From NCBI GenBank assembly GCA_963829055.1, contig CAWHHI010000004.1, positions 416,001 through 480,000 on the forward strand: DNA of 64,000 nt, given 5' to 3'. The notes beneath the pieces are model-generated. The model searched no databases. It was given only the letters and a program-made list of their open reading frames with translations, and was not told the DNA's origin. Of the stretch, positions 9,862 to 20,798 are shown one piece after another. Position 1 is the stretch's first letter. Each line of letters opens with the position of its first letter. Both the position numbers and the translations under genes were made by a program. This DNA is from an uncultured Gemmatimonadaceae bacterium. GTDB lineage: Bacteria; Gemmatimonadota; Gemmatimonadetes; Gemmatimonadales; Gemmatimonadaceae.

Positions 9862-12754
9862 ATGTACTTCGCGCTCCTGCTCGTCGCCCTGCAGCAGCCC
9901 GCCGCCGATCCGAGCCTTCGTGGTGTTCGCGACCCCGCGTTCGCGCCCGATGGACGGCTCGCCGTGTCCGTCGATGGCGATCTCTACGTCCAGGCCGCCG
10001 GTCGTGGCGCCTGGACACGGACTCACCAGCGGCCCCGCCTGGGACCGCGAGCCCGTCTGGTCGCGAGACGGCACCAGCATCGTCTTCTCCTCCGACCGCG
10101 CCGGCAGACTTCGATCTCTGGCGCGCTCGCCGTCCCGGCAGCGGCCTCGGCTCGCCACGTCCGCCGCAGCCCGAGCGCCTCACGACGTCGCCCGAGCCCG
10201 ATGCGCAGCCGTCCGTCGCCACCGATGGCCGCATCATCTTCGTGCGCGGACGCGGTGCCCTCGCCCGCCTCTGGGTGCGCGCGCCCGATGGAAGCGAGCG
10301 GCGCCTAACGCGCGGACAGGTCGCCGAGCGGTCGCCCGCCGTGTCGCCGGACGGAGCGCGCGTCGCGTATGTCGCCGTCACGGAGACCGGACGACCGCCT
10401 GCGCGTACGCGTGCTCGCCGACACGTCCGCGCGTCCGGCGACAGCGTCGTCGTGGCGAGACCGCGATGTCGAGCGGCCCGCATGGGCGCCTAACGGCGAG
10501 CGCCTCGCGTTCACGACCGGCGGCGCGCGTCCCGGCGTCTTCATCACGCCGACGGACGGCCGCTACGTCGAACCTCGTGAGCGCGCGCCACGCCGCGCCG
10601 GCCTGGGCGCCCGACGGGCGCACGATCGCGCTGGCGGAGCTCGGCGCCGATCCGCCGGGGTACAATGGCGATCCCGCGCGCGTCGCGGATCGACGATGTG
10701 TCCGAAGATCTCGAGCGCGACTGGACGCCTCTGGACCGTCGCCGTCCCGACCGCGCCCGATGACGGCCTCGTCGAGCGTCGCGTCACCGCCGACTCGGTC
10801 GCGACAGGAACGGAACGCCGAGGCGTTCGATCGAGTCTGGACGCGATCCGCCGAGCTGTACTTCGCGACACCGGAAGCCGCGTCGCGTCGCCAGCGCTGG
10901 ACCGCGCTGCGCGATCGGTACCGGCCGCAGGCGCTCTGCCGCGGCGACCGACGCCGCGCTCGACGACGTCATCTACGCCATGCTGCGCGAGCGGCCGCCA
11001 CTTCGCGAGGCCGCGACCGGGCGTGCCGCCGTGTCGAGCGCGCATCCGGTCGCCACGGCCGCGGGGCTCGAGATCCTGCGCAAGGGCGGCAACGTCGTCG
11101 ACGCCGCGGTCGCCGTCTCGTTCGCGTTAGGTGTCGTCGAGCCGGATGCCAGTGGCCCGGGCGGCTACGGCCAGATGATCATCCAGCTCAAAGGGCGCAG
11201 AGCGCCCGGCGCTCATCGAGTTCATGTCGCGCGTTCCCGAGGAAGCGACGCTCGCGAACGCGGCGCTCATGACGGAGGGCCGCTATCCGTCCGACGGCCC
11301 CGTCCTCGCGAACGTACCGGGCACCGTCGCCGGCATGCACTCCGCGTGGCGTCAGTTCGGCAGCAAGAAGGTGCCGTGGGCCGACCTCCTCGCGCCGGCG
11401 ATTCGCGCGGCGAAGGACGGCTACGTCGTGAGCGAAGGGTTGGCGACGACGCTCACCGTCGAGCGCGAGCACTTCTGCGAAGTACGAGTCGAGCAAGGCG
11501 CTGTTCTTCCGCAACGGCGAGCCGCTGCACGCAGGCGACACGCTCCGCAATCCGGACCTCGCGTGGACGCTCGAGCAGGTCGCGAAGGGCGGCGCTGACG
11601 GTTTCTACGCGGGCGAAGTCGCGCGACGCATGGTCGCCGACCTGCGCGGGAAGGGCAACGCGATGCGGCTCACCGATCTCGCGCGCTACTACGCCGCCGA
11701 TCGTGAGCCCGTGAGCTCCACGTTCCGGGGCTACACGCTCTACTCCAGCGCGCCGCCGGTCTCGGGCGGGGCGACACTCGCTGCGCAGCTCAACCTGCTC
11801 GAGCAGTGGAAGACGCCGCGTCTCTACACGGACGACGCCGCGACCGCGCACGCGATGATCGCCGCATGGCAGCTCACGCCGACGACGCGCAACCGCATCG
11901 CCGATCCCGGGCTCTGGCCGGTGACCGTGGAGCCGCTCGTGAACAAGGACACGGCTCGCGTCCGCTGGCGCTGCTTCGACGCCGCCCACGCGCTCACGCC
12001 GTCGAGCTTTCGCGGCGACACGCTGGTGTGCGCCACTGATCGCAAGGCTACGACCGACGGCGGCGCCGACGACAATGCGAGCGGAAGCGAGCTCGCGCTC
12101 GAGGAAGGGCGCGCCTGCGGGAACCCGGCGGAGCACGCGCGTGAGGTCGTCGCCTGTCACTCGTCAGGCACGACGGCGTTCACCGTCGCCGATGCGGACG
12201 GCAACGTCGTCGCTGTGACGCAGACGCTCGGCACGTGGGGCGGAAATTTCTACGTCTCACCCGGGCTCGGCTTCATTTACAACGACAAGCTCACGTCCTA
12301 CGGCACCGACCCCACGCAGTACGGCGCTCGGCTCCCCTACGCTCGGCACGGCAGTACGCTCGCGCCCACGATCGTCTTTCAGGGTACCGGCAGTGCGCGA
12401 CGCCCGGTGCTCGCGGTCGGTGCCGCGGGGAACGCCTGGATCACGTCGGCGGTGTACGAGACGCTCGTCGGCGTCCTCGACTTCGGTCTCACCCCGCAGC
12501 AGGCGCTCGAGCTGCCGCGCTTTCTCCCGTCGGGCCGCGGCGCCGGGTCACGCCGCGAGTTCGTCATCGACGTGGAGGGTGGGTTCGCGCCGTCCGCCAT
12601 GCGGCGACTGCGCGAGATGGGCTATAACCTGAACGTGATCTCGCTCGAGGGCGAGCCGCGCATGGGGTATGGCGCGGCGATCACGTTAGGCAAGGGCACC
12701 GTCACGGCTGGCGCCGACCCGCGTCGGAGCGGCGCGGCCGGAGCTGTTCCATGA
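9862..12754 (+). CDS. Gamma-glutamyltransferase family protein with N-terminal PD40/TolB-like propeller (frameshifted)
   Basis: PD40 repeats ([29 protein letters not shown]); GGT motifs [31 protein letters not shown] (nucleophile Thr), GADPRRSG. Confidence 0.88.
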
Positions 12755-13737
12755 ACCGTCGTGGTGGCATGCGCGTGCAGGTTGCCCTCGCACTCGTGGC
12801 GCTGGCGGCGCCACTCGGCGCCGTTCACGCGCAGGAAGCACCGCCGTCGGAACTACCTGCACGACTCGTCGGCGACCGGTTCTACGTCCATCCGGTCACG
12901 CAGCGCGGTGACACGCTCACGCTGTTCACCGATACCGGTGGCGGACTCTGGCTCGCGAGCGATGCCGTCGCGCGCCTCGGACTCCCAACGAAAGTCGTGG
13001 GCATTCAGGGCACGGACACGGTGCGGTCTGTGATGCTGCCGGCATTTCAGCCCGGCCGCGGGATCCCTACGCCGCTCGGACGCGAGGGCGGCGCGCTGTT
13101 CGTCTTTCCCTCGTCGCAGCTGAGCGGAATGGGGAACGGCTGGACGGGCATGCTCGGGCAGGAATGGTTCTATGGACGCGTGTGGACGTTCGATTACCCG
13201 CGCGGCAAACTGCTCGTGCACGCATCGAGCGCCACCGTCCCGAGCGACCCCGCGCACACGGTTCCGCTGGCGTTCCGTCGCAATGGCAACACGGCCGCGA
13301 ACGGCTTCGCGCGCATTCGCGTTGCTGTCGACGGCGATTCGCTCGACATGCTGTTCGACACCGGTGCGACGCAGCGGGTAGCCGACTCCACGGCCGCGCG
13401 GTTAGGCGGACCGGCTGGCGAGCGTGCGACGAGCTTCATCACGACCGAGGTGTTCGATCGCTGGCGCAAACGACATCCCGACTGGCGCGTAGTTCCGAAT
13501 GCCGATGATCTGCCAGGAATGGCCGCCATCGAGGTCCCGCGTGTATCCGTCGGCGGTTTCGACGTCGGCCCCGTATGGTTCACGCAGCGTCCCGACCGCT
13601 CGTTCCACGACTACATGGCACAGTGGATGGACAGGCCGACTGACGGCGCGCTCGGTGGTTCCGCGCTGAAATACTTTCGCGTGACGGTCGACTACCCGAA
13701 CGCGATTGCCGTGTTCGAACGGCCGGAGCGTACCTAA
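12751..13737 (+). CDS. Secreted aspartyl protease-like protein
   Basis: Signal peptide; two DTG motifs (LFTDTGGG, MLFDTGAT), each later followed by a hydrophobic-Gly motif (GMLG, GALG). Confidence 0.7.
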   Translation: MNRRGGMRVQVALALVALAAPLGAVHAQEAPPSELPARLVGDRFYVHPVTQRGDTLTLFTDTGGGLWLASDAVARLGLPTKVVGIQGTDTVRSVMLPAFQPGRGIPTPLGREGGALFVFPSSQLSGMGNGWTGMLGQEWFYGRVWTFDYPRGKLLVHASSATVPSDPAHTVPLAFRRNGNTAANGFARIRVAVDGDSLDMLFDTGATQRVADSTAARLGGPAGERATSFITTEVFDRWRKRHPDWRVVPNADDLPGMAAIEVPRVSVGGFDVGPVWFTQRPDRSFHDYMAQWMDRPTDGALGGSALKYFRVTVDYPNAIAVFERPERT

Positions 13738-13739
13738 CG

Positions 13740-14741
13740 ATGAACATGTTACGAGTCGGTCCCGTCGTCGGCCGCGCGGGTGAGAAGGTCTCGGGGTTCA
13801 TCGAAGTTCCCGCAGGTGTCGACGCAGGGGCGAGAATCCCTGTGACCGTCGTGACCGGCAGTGCCGACGGCCCAGTCCTGGCGTTGATCGCGGGAACGCA
13901 CGGGTCGGAGCCGTCGCCAATCGTTGCACTGCAACGGGTGCGCAGCGAGCTCGATCCCCTGACGCTTCGGGGCACGGTCATCCTGGTGCACGTCGCGAAC
14001 CTGCCCTCGTTCGTTCATCGCACGATCTACCGCGGGCCGTGGGATCAGAAGAATCTGAACCGCGTCTTCCCTGGCAAGGCGGATGGAACGGCATCGGAGC
14101 GCATCGCGTACGCGATCACCACGCAGGTGATCGATCAGTGCGACTACCTGGTGGACATCCACTCCGGTGATGGCAACGAAGCGCTCCGCCCGTACTCGTA
14201 CTGGAACCAGCTCGGCCTCGACGAGCGCGTGGATGTCACAGCCCGGGAGATGGCGCTCGCGTTCGGACTGGATCACATCGTCGTCGACCGAGGGCGCCCA
14301 CGCGATCCCGCCGCTACGCAGTTCTGCTCGAACACCGCGCACGTGCGTGGAAAACCCGCGGTGACGACCGAGGCCGGCGGCGTCGGCGTTCCCACCGAGG
14401 AGATGGTTTCGTGCAACGCGCGCGGTGCGTTCCGCGTTATGCGCTACCTGGACATGGTGCCGGGGCCGAAGGAGACCGTCGAACGACCGCGGTGGATCGA
14501 CCCGTCGGTGGTGCTGACGAGTCCGGGGACGGGTACGTGGTATCCCGCGGTGCAGCCCGACGAACACGTGAGCGAGGGCGCGCTGTTCGGCCGGCTCACC
14601 AACTATTTCGGCGACGTGATCGCCGAGGTGCGCTCGCCGCTAGCCGGTGTGGTGATGTACGTCGTGGTGTCGCCGGCCATGAGCGAAGGTGAGCCGCTCG
14701 GCATGGTCGGCGCGGTGACGGTCGCCGCCCTGCCCGCCTAA
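13740..14741 (+). CDS. Succinylglutamate desuccinylase/aspartoacylase (M14) family protein
   Basis: AGTHGSE, NLNRVFPG, VDIHSG, TTEAG motifs; biotinyl-like C-terminal segment. Confidence 0.9.
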   Translation: MNMLRVGPVVGRAGEKVSGFIEVPAGVDAGARIPVTVVTGSADGPVLALIAGTHGSEPSPIVALQRVRSELDPLTLRGTVILVHVANLPSFVHRTIYRGPWDQKNLNRVFPGKADGTASERIAYAITTQVIDQCDYLVDIHSGDGNEALRPYSYWNQLGLDERVDVTAREMALAFGLDHIVVDRGRPRDPAATQFCSNTAHVRGKPAVTTEAGGVGVPTEEMVSCNARGAFRVMRYLDMVPGPKETVERPRWIDPSVVLTSPGTGTWYPAVQPDEHVSEGALFGRLTNYFGDVIAEVRSPLAGVVMYVVVSPAMSEGEPLGMVGAVTVAALPA

Positions 14742-14761
14742 CGACCGCCTGCTGCTCGAGG

Positions 14762-15577
14762 TCAGCGCTTGCGGAGCGTCACGCCGCCATTCGTCGTCGT
14801 GACACGCACGAGCGCTCCGCCCTGGCCGAGCTGCGTCGAGAGTTGACGGTCGAGCCGGCCCTGCACCGTGACGGGGAAGCCGATCTCCATGCCGCCGTTT
14901 GTCGTGCCTGTCTCCAGACGCGCCGAGTAGTTCTCGGGGATCGTCAGCTCGACGCCGCCGTTGGTGCTGCGCACGTCGAGGCCCGCGCCGCTCCACCGGT
15001 CACCGGTCAACTGAACGTCTACTCCACCATTCGCCGTTTCGCCGCGGACATCGCCGGCGACTCCGGTCAGCGAGATGCCACCGTTCGTCGTCTCGAATTG
15101 GAGGCGTCCGTCCACGTTGTCGATGGAGATCCCGCCGTTCGTGGCGGTGAGGTCGAGGCTCATCTTGCGCGGCACGTGAATCTCATAGCTCACCGACCAC
15201 GATGATCGCCAACGCGTGGACGGCCCGTCCGCACGAATCTCATCACCGGTCTCGATGCGAATCTGCTCCGCCATGGCCTTGGCGTCCGCTTCGCTGCCAG
15301 CCTGCGTCTGAATCTTCGAGATGACGAGAATGTCGCTCCGATCGGAGCCTATCACCTCGATGCCTCCATTCGTCCGCCCATCGACACGAAGCTGCGAGCG
15401 AGCGCCGATGGTCTGCTCGCGAACGTCACAGTACCGCTCCCGGTCACTGCGCCCACCGTCGTGCTGGCAGTCGTCGAGCCAGCGCTGCGCATCGCGCGAC
15501 TGCGCGCTGCGGGATTGTGCGGCCGCTGGGACTGCGGACAGCGTGAGAAAGAGGGCAGGGAGCAGAGCTCGGCGCAT
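14762..15577 (-). CDS. DUF4097-type beta-strand repeat protein
   Basis: Signal peptide; repeated TNGGI/TNGGV units. Confidence 0.85.
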   Translation of the reverse strand: MRRALLPALFLTLSAVPAAAQSRSAQSRDAQRWLDDCQHDGGRSDRERYCDVREQTIGARSQLRVDGRTNGGIEVIGSDRSDILVISKIQTQAGSEADAKAMAEQIRIETGDEIRADGPSTRWRSSWSVSYEIHVPRKMSLDLTATNGGISIDNVDGRLQFETTNGGISLTGVAGDVRGETANGGVDVQLTGDRWSGAGLDVRSTNGGVELTIPENYSARLETGTTNGGMEIGFPVTVQGRLDRQLSTQLGQGGALVRVTTTNGGVTLRKR

Positions 15578-15790
15578 GTGAATCTCCAGGGTCGACATCG
15601 TCAGGACGAACGATGGTGAGACAACCCTTACCCCACGAGGGTTTCGCGACACCGAGCGCCCGCGCCCGGCCCGGGCGCACGGGGATCTTCCGGAACGTGA
15701 TCGTGGCCGGACTAGCTCGGATGACTGCAGCGTGTCTCTGGCACGCGAAGTCCACCGCGCCGACAAGAACACAGCGAATCGACAACGCAA

Positions 15791-15940
15791 ACAGCAACGG
15801 CAACGGCAACAGCAGAGACAGGATTGGCAGGATTTGCAGGATTGAAGAGACGTCTCGAGGGATGGTCGCGATCTGCCCGCCCGGAATCCTGCCAATCCTG
15901 CAATCCTGTCCTTTTTGTTGTTGCTGCTTGTGTTTGTCGT
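15791..15940. repeat. Second CAGGAT-arm inverted-repeat element
   Basis: GACAGGATTGGCAGGATTTGCAGGATT at 15817 pairs with AATCCTGCCAATCCTGCAATCCTGTC ending at 15910; outer CAACGGCAAC and GTTGTTGC arms. Confidence 0.8.
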
Positions 15941-15958
15941 CCCGAGCGTCAGCCGGTT

Positions 15959-16070
15959 GTCATCCCGACGCGGCCCGCGCAGCGGCAGCGAGGGATCTTC
16001 GGTGAAGTACTCGTGGCCAGGCTAGCCACGCTGACGTTGGAGAAGATCCCTCGCGGATGCTCGGGATGAC
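15959..16070. repeat. REP/MITE-like palindromic element (GTCATCCCGA...TCGGGATGAC family)
   Basis: Terminal inverted repeats; inner GAGGGATCTT...AAGATCCCTC; core GTGAAGTACTCGTGGCCAG is the reverse complement of the 51560 copy's core. Confidence 0.85.
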
Positions 16071-16144
16071 AACGCTTTCTCCGCCATCCGCCGTCCGCCC
16101 TCCTCCTTCCTAAGGCCTCCTTCCTCAGGCCTCGATTCGCCTCG

Positions 16145-19100
16145 CTAGAACTTCCACTCGCGGGCGAGGAATGTTCCGAATATCCCGGTGCTCTTTGGCG
16201 TCACGCGCTCGAGCGTTGGGGCCTGCGGGATGTACCGGGGCGTGAAGCTCGCGCGACCGAGAAGCCCTTACCGAGACGACGCTGCACGCGAATTCCCGGC
16301 ACGGCGCGATCGTTCGGGTCGCTCGCGAACGCGCTCAGTCGCGCCTGCACCGCGACGAACGTGTTCGGATCGGTGTACTTCCCGACTTCGATTTCGCGTG
16401 CCCTTGAAGAAACCCGAGATTTCTCCGCTCTGCGCCAGTTCGGTGTACAGGTCGGCCGGCGTCACGTTCACGTACGCGGCGCCGAGCGAGCGCGCCGCCT
16501 GACTCTCGAACTCGTTCACGAAGACGCCGAGCGCGACCGCCGCCAGCTGTTGCGTCGCGAGCTGCGCTCCGGTGCCGGCGATCCCGGATCCGCCACCACC
16601 GCCCGAGAGCGACGATCCCTCGAACTGCAGCAATGAGCTCGACGTCCGGCCGAACGCGAGGTAGCTGAGCAGGTCCGACTGTGAGAGCGGCGGCTGCGCG
16701 TCGCTGTCGAGCGCGATCCGCGGACGACTCAGCGTGCCGCCAATCTGCACGCGGATGTTGATCGCCTGGCTCGCGGCCAGTCGCACTTCGTATTCGCCCG
16801 TGATCTGCAGGTTCGGATCGAGCTCGGCGTCCACCGACGAACATCGACCGACCCTCGCCGAATCTGGAATCGCTTGCTGAGGAACTCGTACTCGCCACGA
16901 TCCGTCTGAACCTCGCCGTCCAGCACGACAGCCTGACGACGCTGGTCGACGCGAATCGCCAGTGCGCGATCCGGTGGCGTGAAGATCTCGACGTTGGCGT
17001 CGCGCCGTCCGCACCCAGGTGTCGCGCGCCACATCGAGCGTTCACGTCCATCCGCAGGTTCGCCATCAGCGCGATTGGCGCGCCCACGCCGCATCTCCTC
17101 GTCACCCGCGCTTGGACGTGTCGACGAACTGATACAACGCCGGATCGCGCGTGCTGATGACTTCCTTGTGGTCCGATTCCGGGATCGACGATCACGCCGT
17201 TTTGCACGCCGACGCGGCCCGACACCACCGTGCGGTCGAACGGTCCCTTCACCTCGAGGCCAACGTCCGCGCGCACGGTGCCCTGTGTCGTTGTCCAGCA
17301 CGCGCGCGTTCTCCGCCACCAGGTGCAGGTCGAACGACGGCTCGGCTGATCTTCTTGATGCCGATACCGCCGCGCGCGAAGACGCGGCCACCCGCGCGCC
17401 CCGCGATCGAGTCGATGACGATCGTATCGGCGAACATACGGAGCGACGCGTTCACGTTCGTGAGGCGCATCCCGGTCGACGCGAGACGCACGCTCCCGTT
17501 CTGCAGCGCCAGCGCGCCAACCGTCGTCGGGTGACGCGTCGTCCCGCGCACGCGCACGACGCCGAACGCGCGCCCACCGACATCCGACACGGCATCGGTG
17601 AATCGTGACACGAGGTCGAGCGGCAGCCCCTCCGACCGCGCAGTCGATCGAGATCGGCGCGTCGGGCAGCATCGGCCCCGGCGATCCCGATCCGAGGTTC
17701 ATCGGGATCGTGCCGTCCGCGACGGCGACGCGTCGTCCGCTGTCCGCGAGCCTCGAGATGCGTCGTCAGCGTCGGCGACGCGTACGTCGCCGTCGCGCGG
17801 AGGTCGGGGACCACCGTGCCGGCGTACATGGCGTTCGCCACGCCTAACGCCGCCCGGATCCTCGGCGCCGCGCGTCGTGCCCTCGATCCGCGCCGTCGTC
17901 GTGACGAGGCCGCGGAACGTCGAGATCCGTCTGCGCCAGCGCCGCGAGATCGGCGACCTGGAAATTCTCTATCACGATGTCGAGTGCGCCGACACCCTCT
18001 GGCGGAATGTTGCCGTCGACGAACACGCGACCGTTCTTCCCGTTCTTGAGCTCCAGCTCGGTCGACGAACACGCCGCCGGTGCCCCAGCGGATCGCCGAC
18101 GGATGCGACGCCACCCACCGCGTGCTGTCGAACCGCAGCGCGAGGTCGCGAAGGTGCACCTCGTTATGATCCTTGTGCAGCGCGAAGTCGCCGCCCACGC
18201 TGTACTCCTCGCCCGTCTGCTGGAACATCGCGACCACGACGTCGCCCGCCGACGCGTGATACGACGAGCGGATCTCCACGCTGTCCATCGCGAAACCCGC
18301 CGCGCGCGCTGAGTCGAGCGACGCGCCGACGGCGATCGCCGACTGCGGGCGTGAGTCGCGCCGAGCCACGCGTACTCGAGACGCCCCCGACGCAGCGTGT
18401 TGCCGCGGAAGACGACGTTCTCGGCCGCCGCTCGCCCGCGGAGGTCGAAGCCCTTGATGCCACCCCTGATCGACGCCAGCTGCGCGCAACTGTCCCCGCG
18501 GTGGAGTCGACGACGAAGCGGCGCCTGGTGGAGCAGGGATGGGTCCGAGGCGAGGCGCGGCAGCGCCAGTCGCGAGACGCTCGATCTCGGTCTCGCGCGC
18601 GACCGTCGCGGAGTCGGCCCTGCGCCTGTGCGACGATGCGTGCGTAGTCGCGCGGACGCGGCGCGACGACGCCGGTGTCCGCCGCCGGGAAGAACCGGTT
18701 GAGCGCGCGCGAGCGAATCGACGACGCGGCTCGATACCGCAGCTCGCCGGTGTGCCCGGCCGCGAGTCCGAACGTGCCGCCGAGCGTGAGCGACCGTGTG
18801 CGGTCCACTCACGCTCGTCGAGTCGAGACGCGCACATGCCGTCCGCGATCGCCACGCGAACGTACGCCGAGTCGATCGCGACGGTGTCGATCGTGGAGGT
18901 CGCGAGGTTCGCGCCGAACGCGCCGCGCATGGTGGCCGGATCGAAGCCACGACCACGCGCGAACGCGGTTGCGGTGAGCGACGTGGCCGGCGCGCTTCGC
19001 CACGACGCTGCTTCGCGTTGAACACGCGCATCTGCGCGGCGAGATCGTAGCCCTTGTCCTTGCTCGCGAGATCGAGCGTGCCGCGCGTGTCGAGGCCGTC

Positions 19101-20797
19101 CGCCGTCGGCGAGCGCGAGCCGCGCATCCATCGCGAGGTTGCCCAGGTCTCCCGTTAGGCGCACCGGGCCGGCCGCCGCGCCCTGCGAGGCCTGCGGCAG
19201 GCGCGAACTTGCCGACCTCCGCCAGCGACAGCGGCAGCAACCGGGCGTCGACGTCGAACCACGGCCGGCTCCCGAGACCGCATCGTCGCGTTCCCCGCGA
19301 TTCTGGATCGCAGCGCGCCGTCAGTGTGCGTGAGATCGGTGCGCACGACGAGCTGCGCGTTCGTCTCGCCGTTGAGGCGCGCCGAGCCGCGAATCGAGCC
19401 GCCAATCGGAAGCGTCGGCATGAACGTCGTCGCCATCCCGACCTGCACCGGGTCGAGCGTGACGTCGAGATCGCGGAACCGAACGCCGCGAGCCCGTCGT
19501 GCCCGACTGCCCCTATCGCGATCACGCGACTGCGGCCATAGCGGGCGTCGTCGAAGGCGACGTCGCCGTCCACGTGCATGAGGCCCGGTGATCCATCGAG
19601 CTTCGCCGACGCCGCTCAACGTCCCGTGCCGCGGGATCTTCACGTCAGGCGACCAGCTGCTCGATCAGGTGCGTGTCGACCGACGAGAACCGCAGGTCCG
19701 TGTCGTGGAACCACAGGCTGTCGCCGACCATGGAGATGGCGAAGTCACCGCCGGTCCGCGCGGAGTCGATGCGGAAGTCCACCTTCTGCGCGATGTACGT
19801 CGACGTATCGCCTTTCCACTGAAGGCGGAAATCGAGATTGCCCTGACCGCGCGCCGGCAGCTGCGGCATGATGAACCGGACGTCCGCGAGGGACATCGGC
19901 TGTGCGCGCAGCAGGAGGTCGAAATCGTTTGTGTCGAACACGTAGCGCCCGTCGCCCGCGGCCTTCGATCCCGGCAGCCACAGGTGCGTGTTCTTGAACC
20001 AGATCGAGTCGCTGTGAACTCCAGCGTGCCGATGAAGTTGCTGATGACGGCCGCCGGCGGATGGAACGGCAGCACCGTCGCGGAAAGCTTCGCGATCTCG
20101 AGCCGGCGGACATGCGTGTCCGGGTGTTGGAGCCGAAGGTAGGGAAGCTCACCGTTGAAATCGCGGAACTCGATGATCTTCTGGAAGCCGTCGCCGCGAC
20201 GCTCGACGACCACGCGCTCCTTCCCGGCGACCGCGGAGCGCGATGGCCGAGTCGCGCGCCGCGCCAGTCAGCTCACTCTTGGGCTTCCACGGGGAGCGGA
20301 TCACCATGTGCCCGCCGAGCACGGTGATGTTGCGCAGTACGATCCAGTCGCCGAAACCAGCCTTGGTCGTGTCGCTTCTGCTGCTCCGGCGTATTGCTCT
20401 TGAAGATCGCCTTGTAGTTCCAGAGCGCGCTGTCGCCCGGCGGCCGGTCCAGTACCACGAGCGGGTGAACCAGTCGGATGTCGGTCAGCTCGAGCCGCTT
20501 TCGCAGCAGCGCACGCAGTCCGTAGTTCAGGCTTACCGAGTCCGCGACCAGGAACGGTGCGTTCGCGGAGTCACGGATCGACACGTTCGCGATCGTGAAT
20601 CCCTCGAGGAGGTTCCCGCTCACGCGTCCGAGCCGCACGACTCCATGCTTGGCCGCGCCCTGCACGGCCGATTGCGCGAACCGGCGGACCCGCTCGCGCC
20701 CGTAGTCCGTGTTCGTGAACACGAGCAACCCCACCAGTACGACGGCCACCAGCAGCACCACGAACGCTGCGGCGTAGGCCAGAATGCGACGACCCAC
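16145..20797 (-). CDS. tamB: Translocation and assembly module TamB (heavily frameshifted)
   Basis: N-terminal TM anchor, GRVSGNLL, long beta-rich body, C-terminal GGTLSRPRIALDSD..LSQSDLLSYLAFG, ends FLAREWKF; directly downstream of the TamA-like gene. Confidence 0.88.
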
Positions 20798-20798
20798 G

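Noticed and set aside
8234..11272. 1012 aa ORF suggesting a permease-propeller fusion
   Set aside because: Chance read-through across frameshifts; the permease ends at 9581 with its normal C-terminus and the next gene has its own start at 9862.
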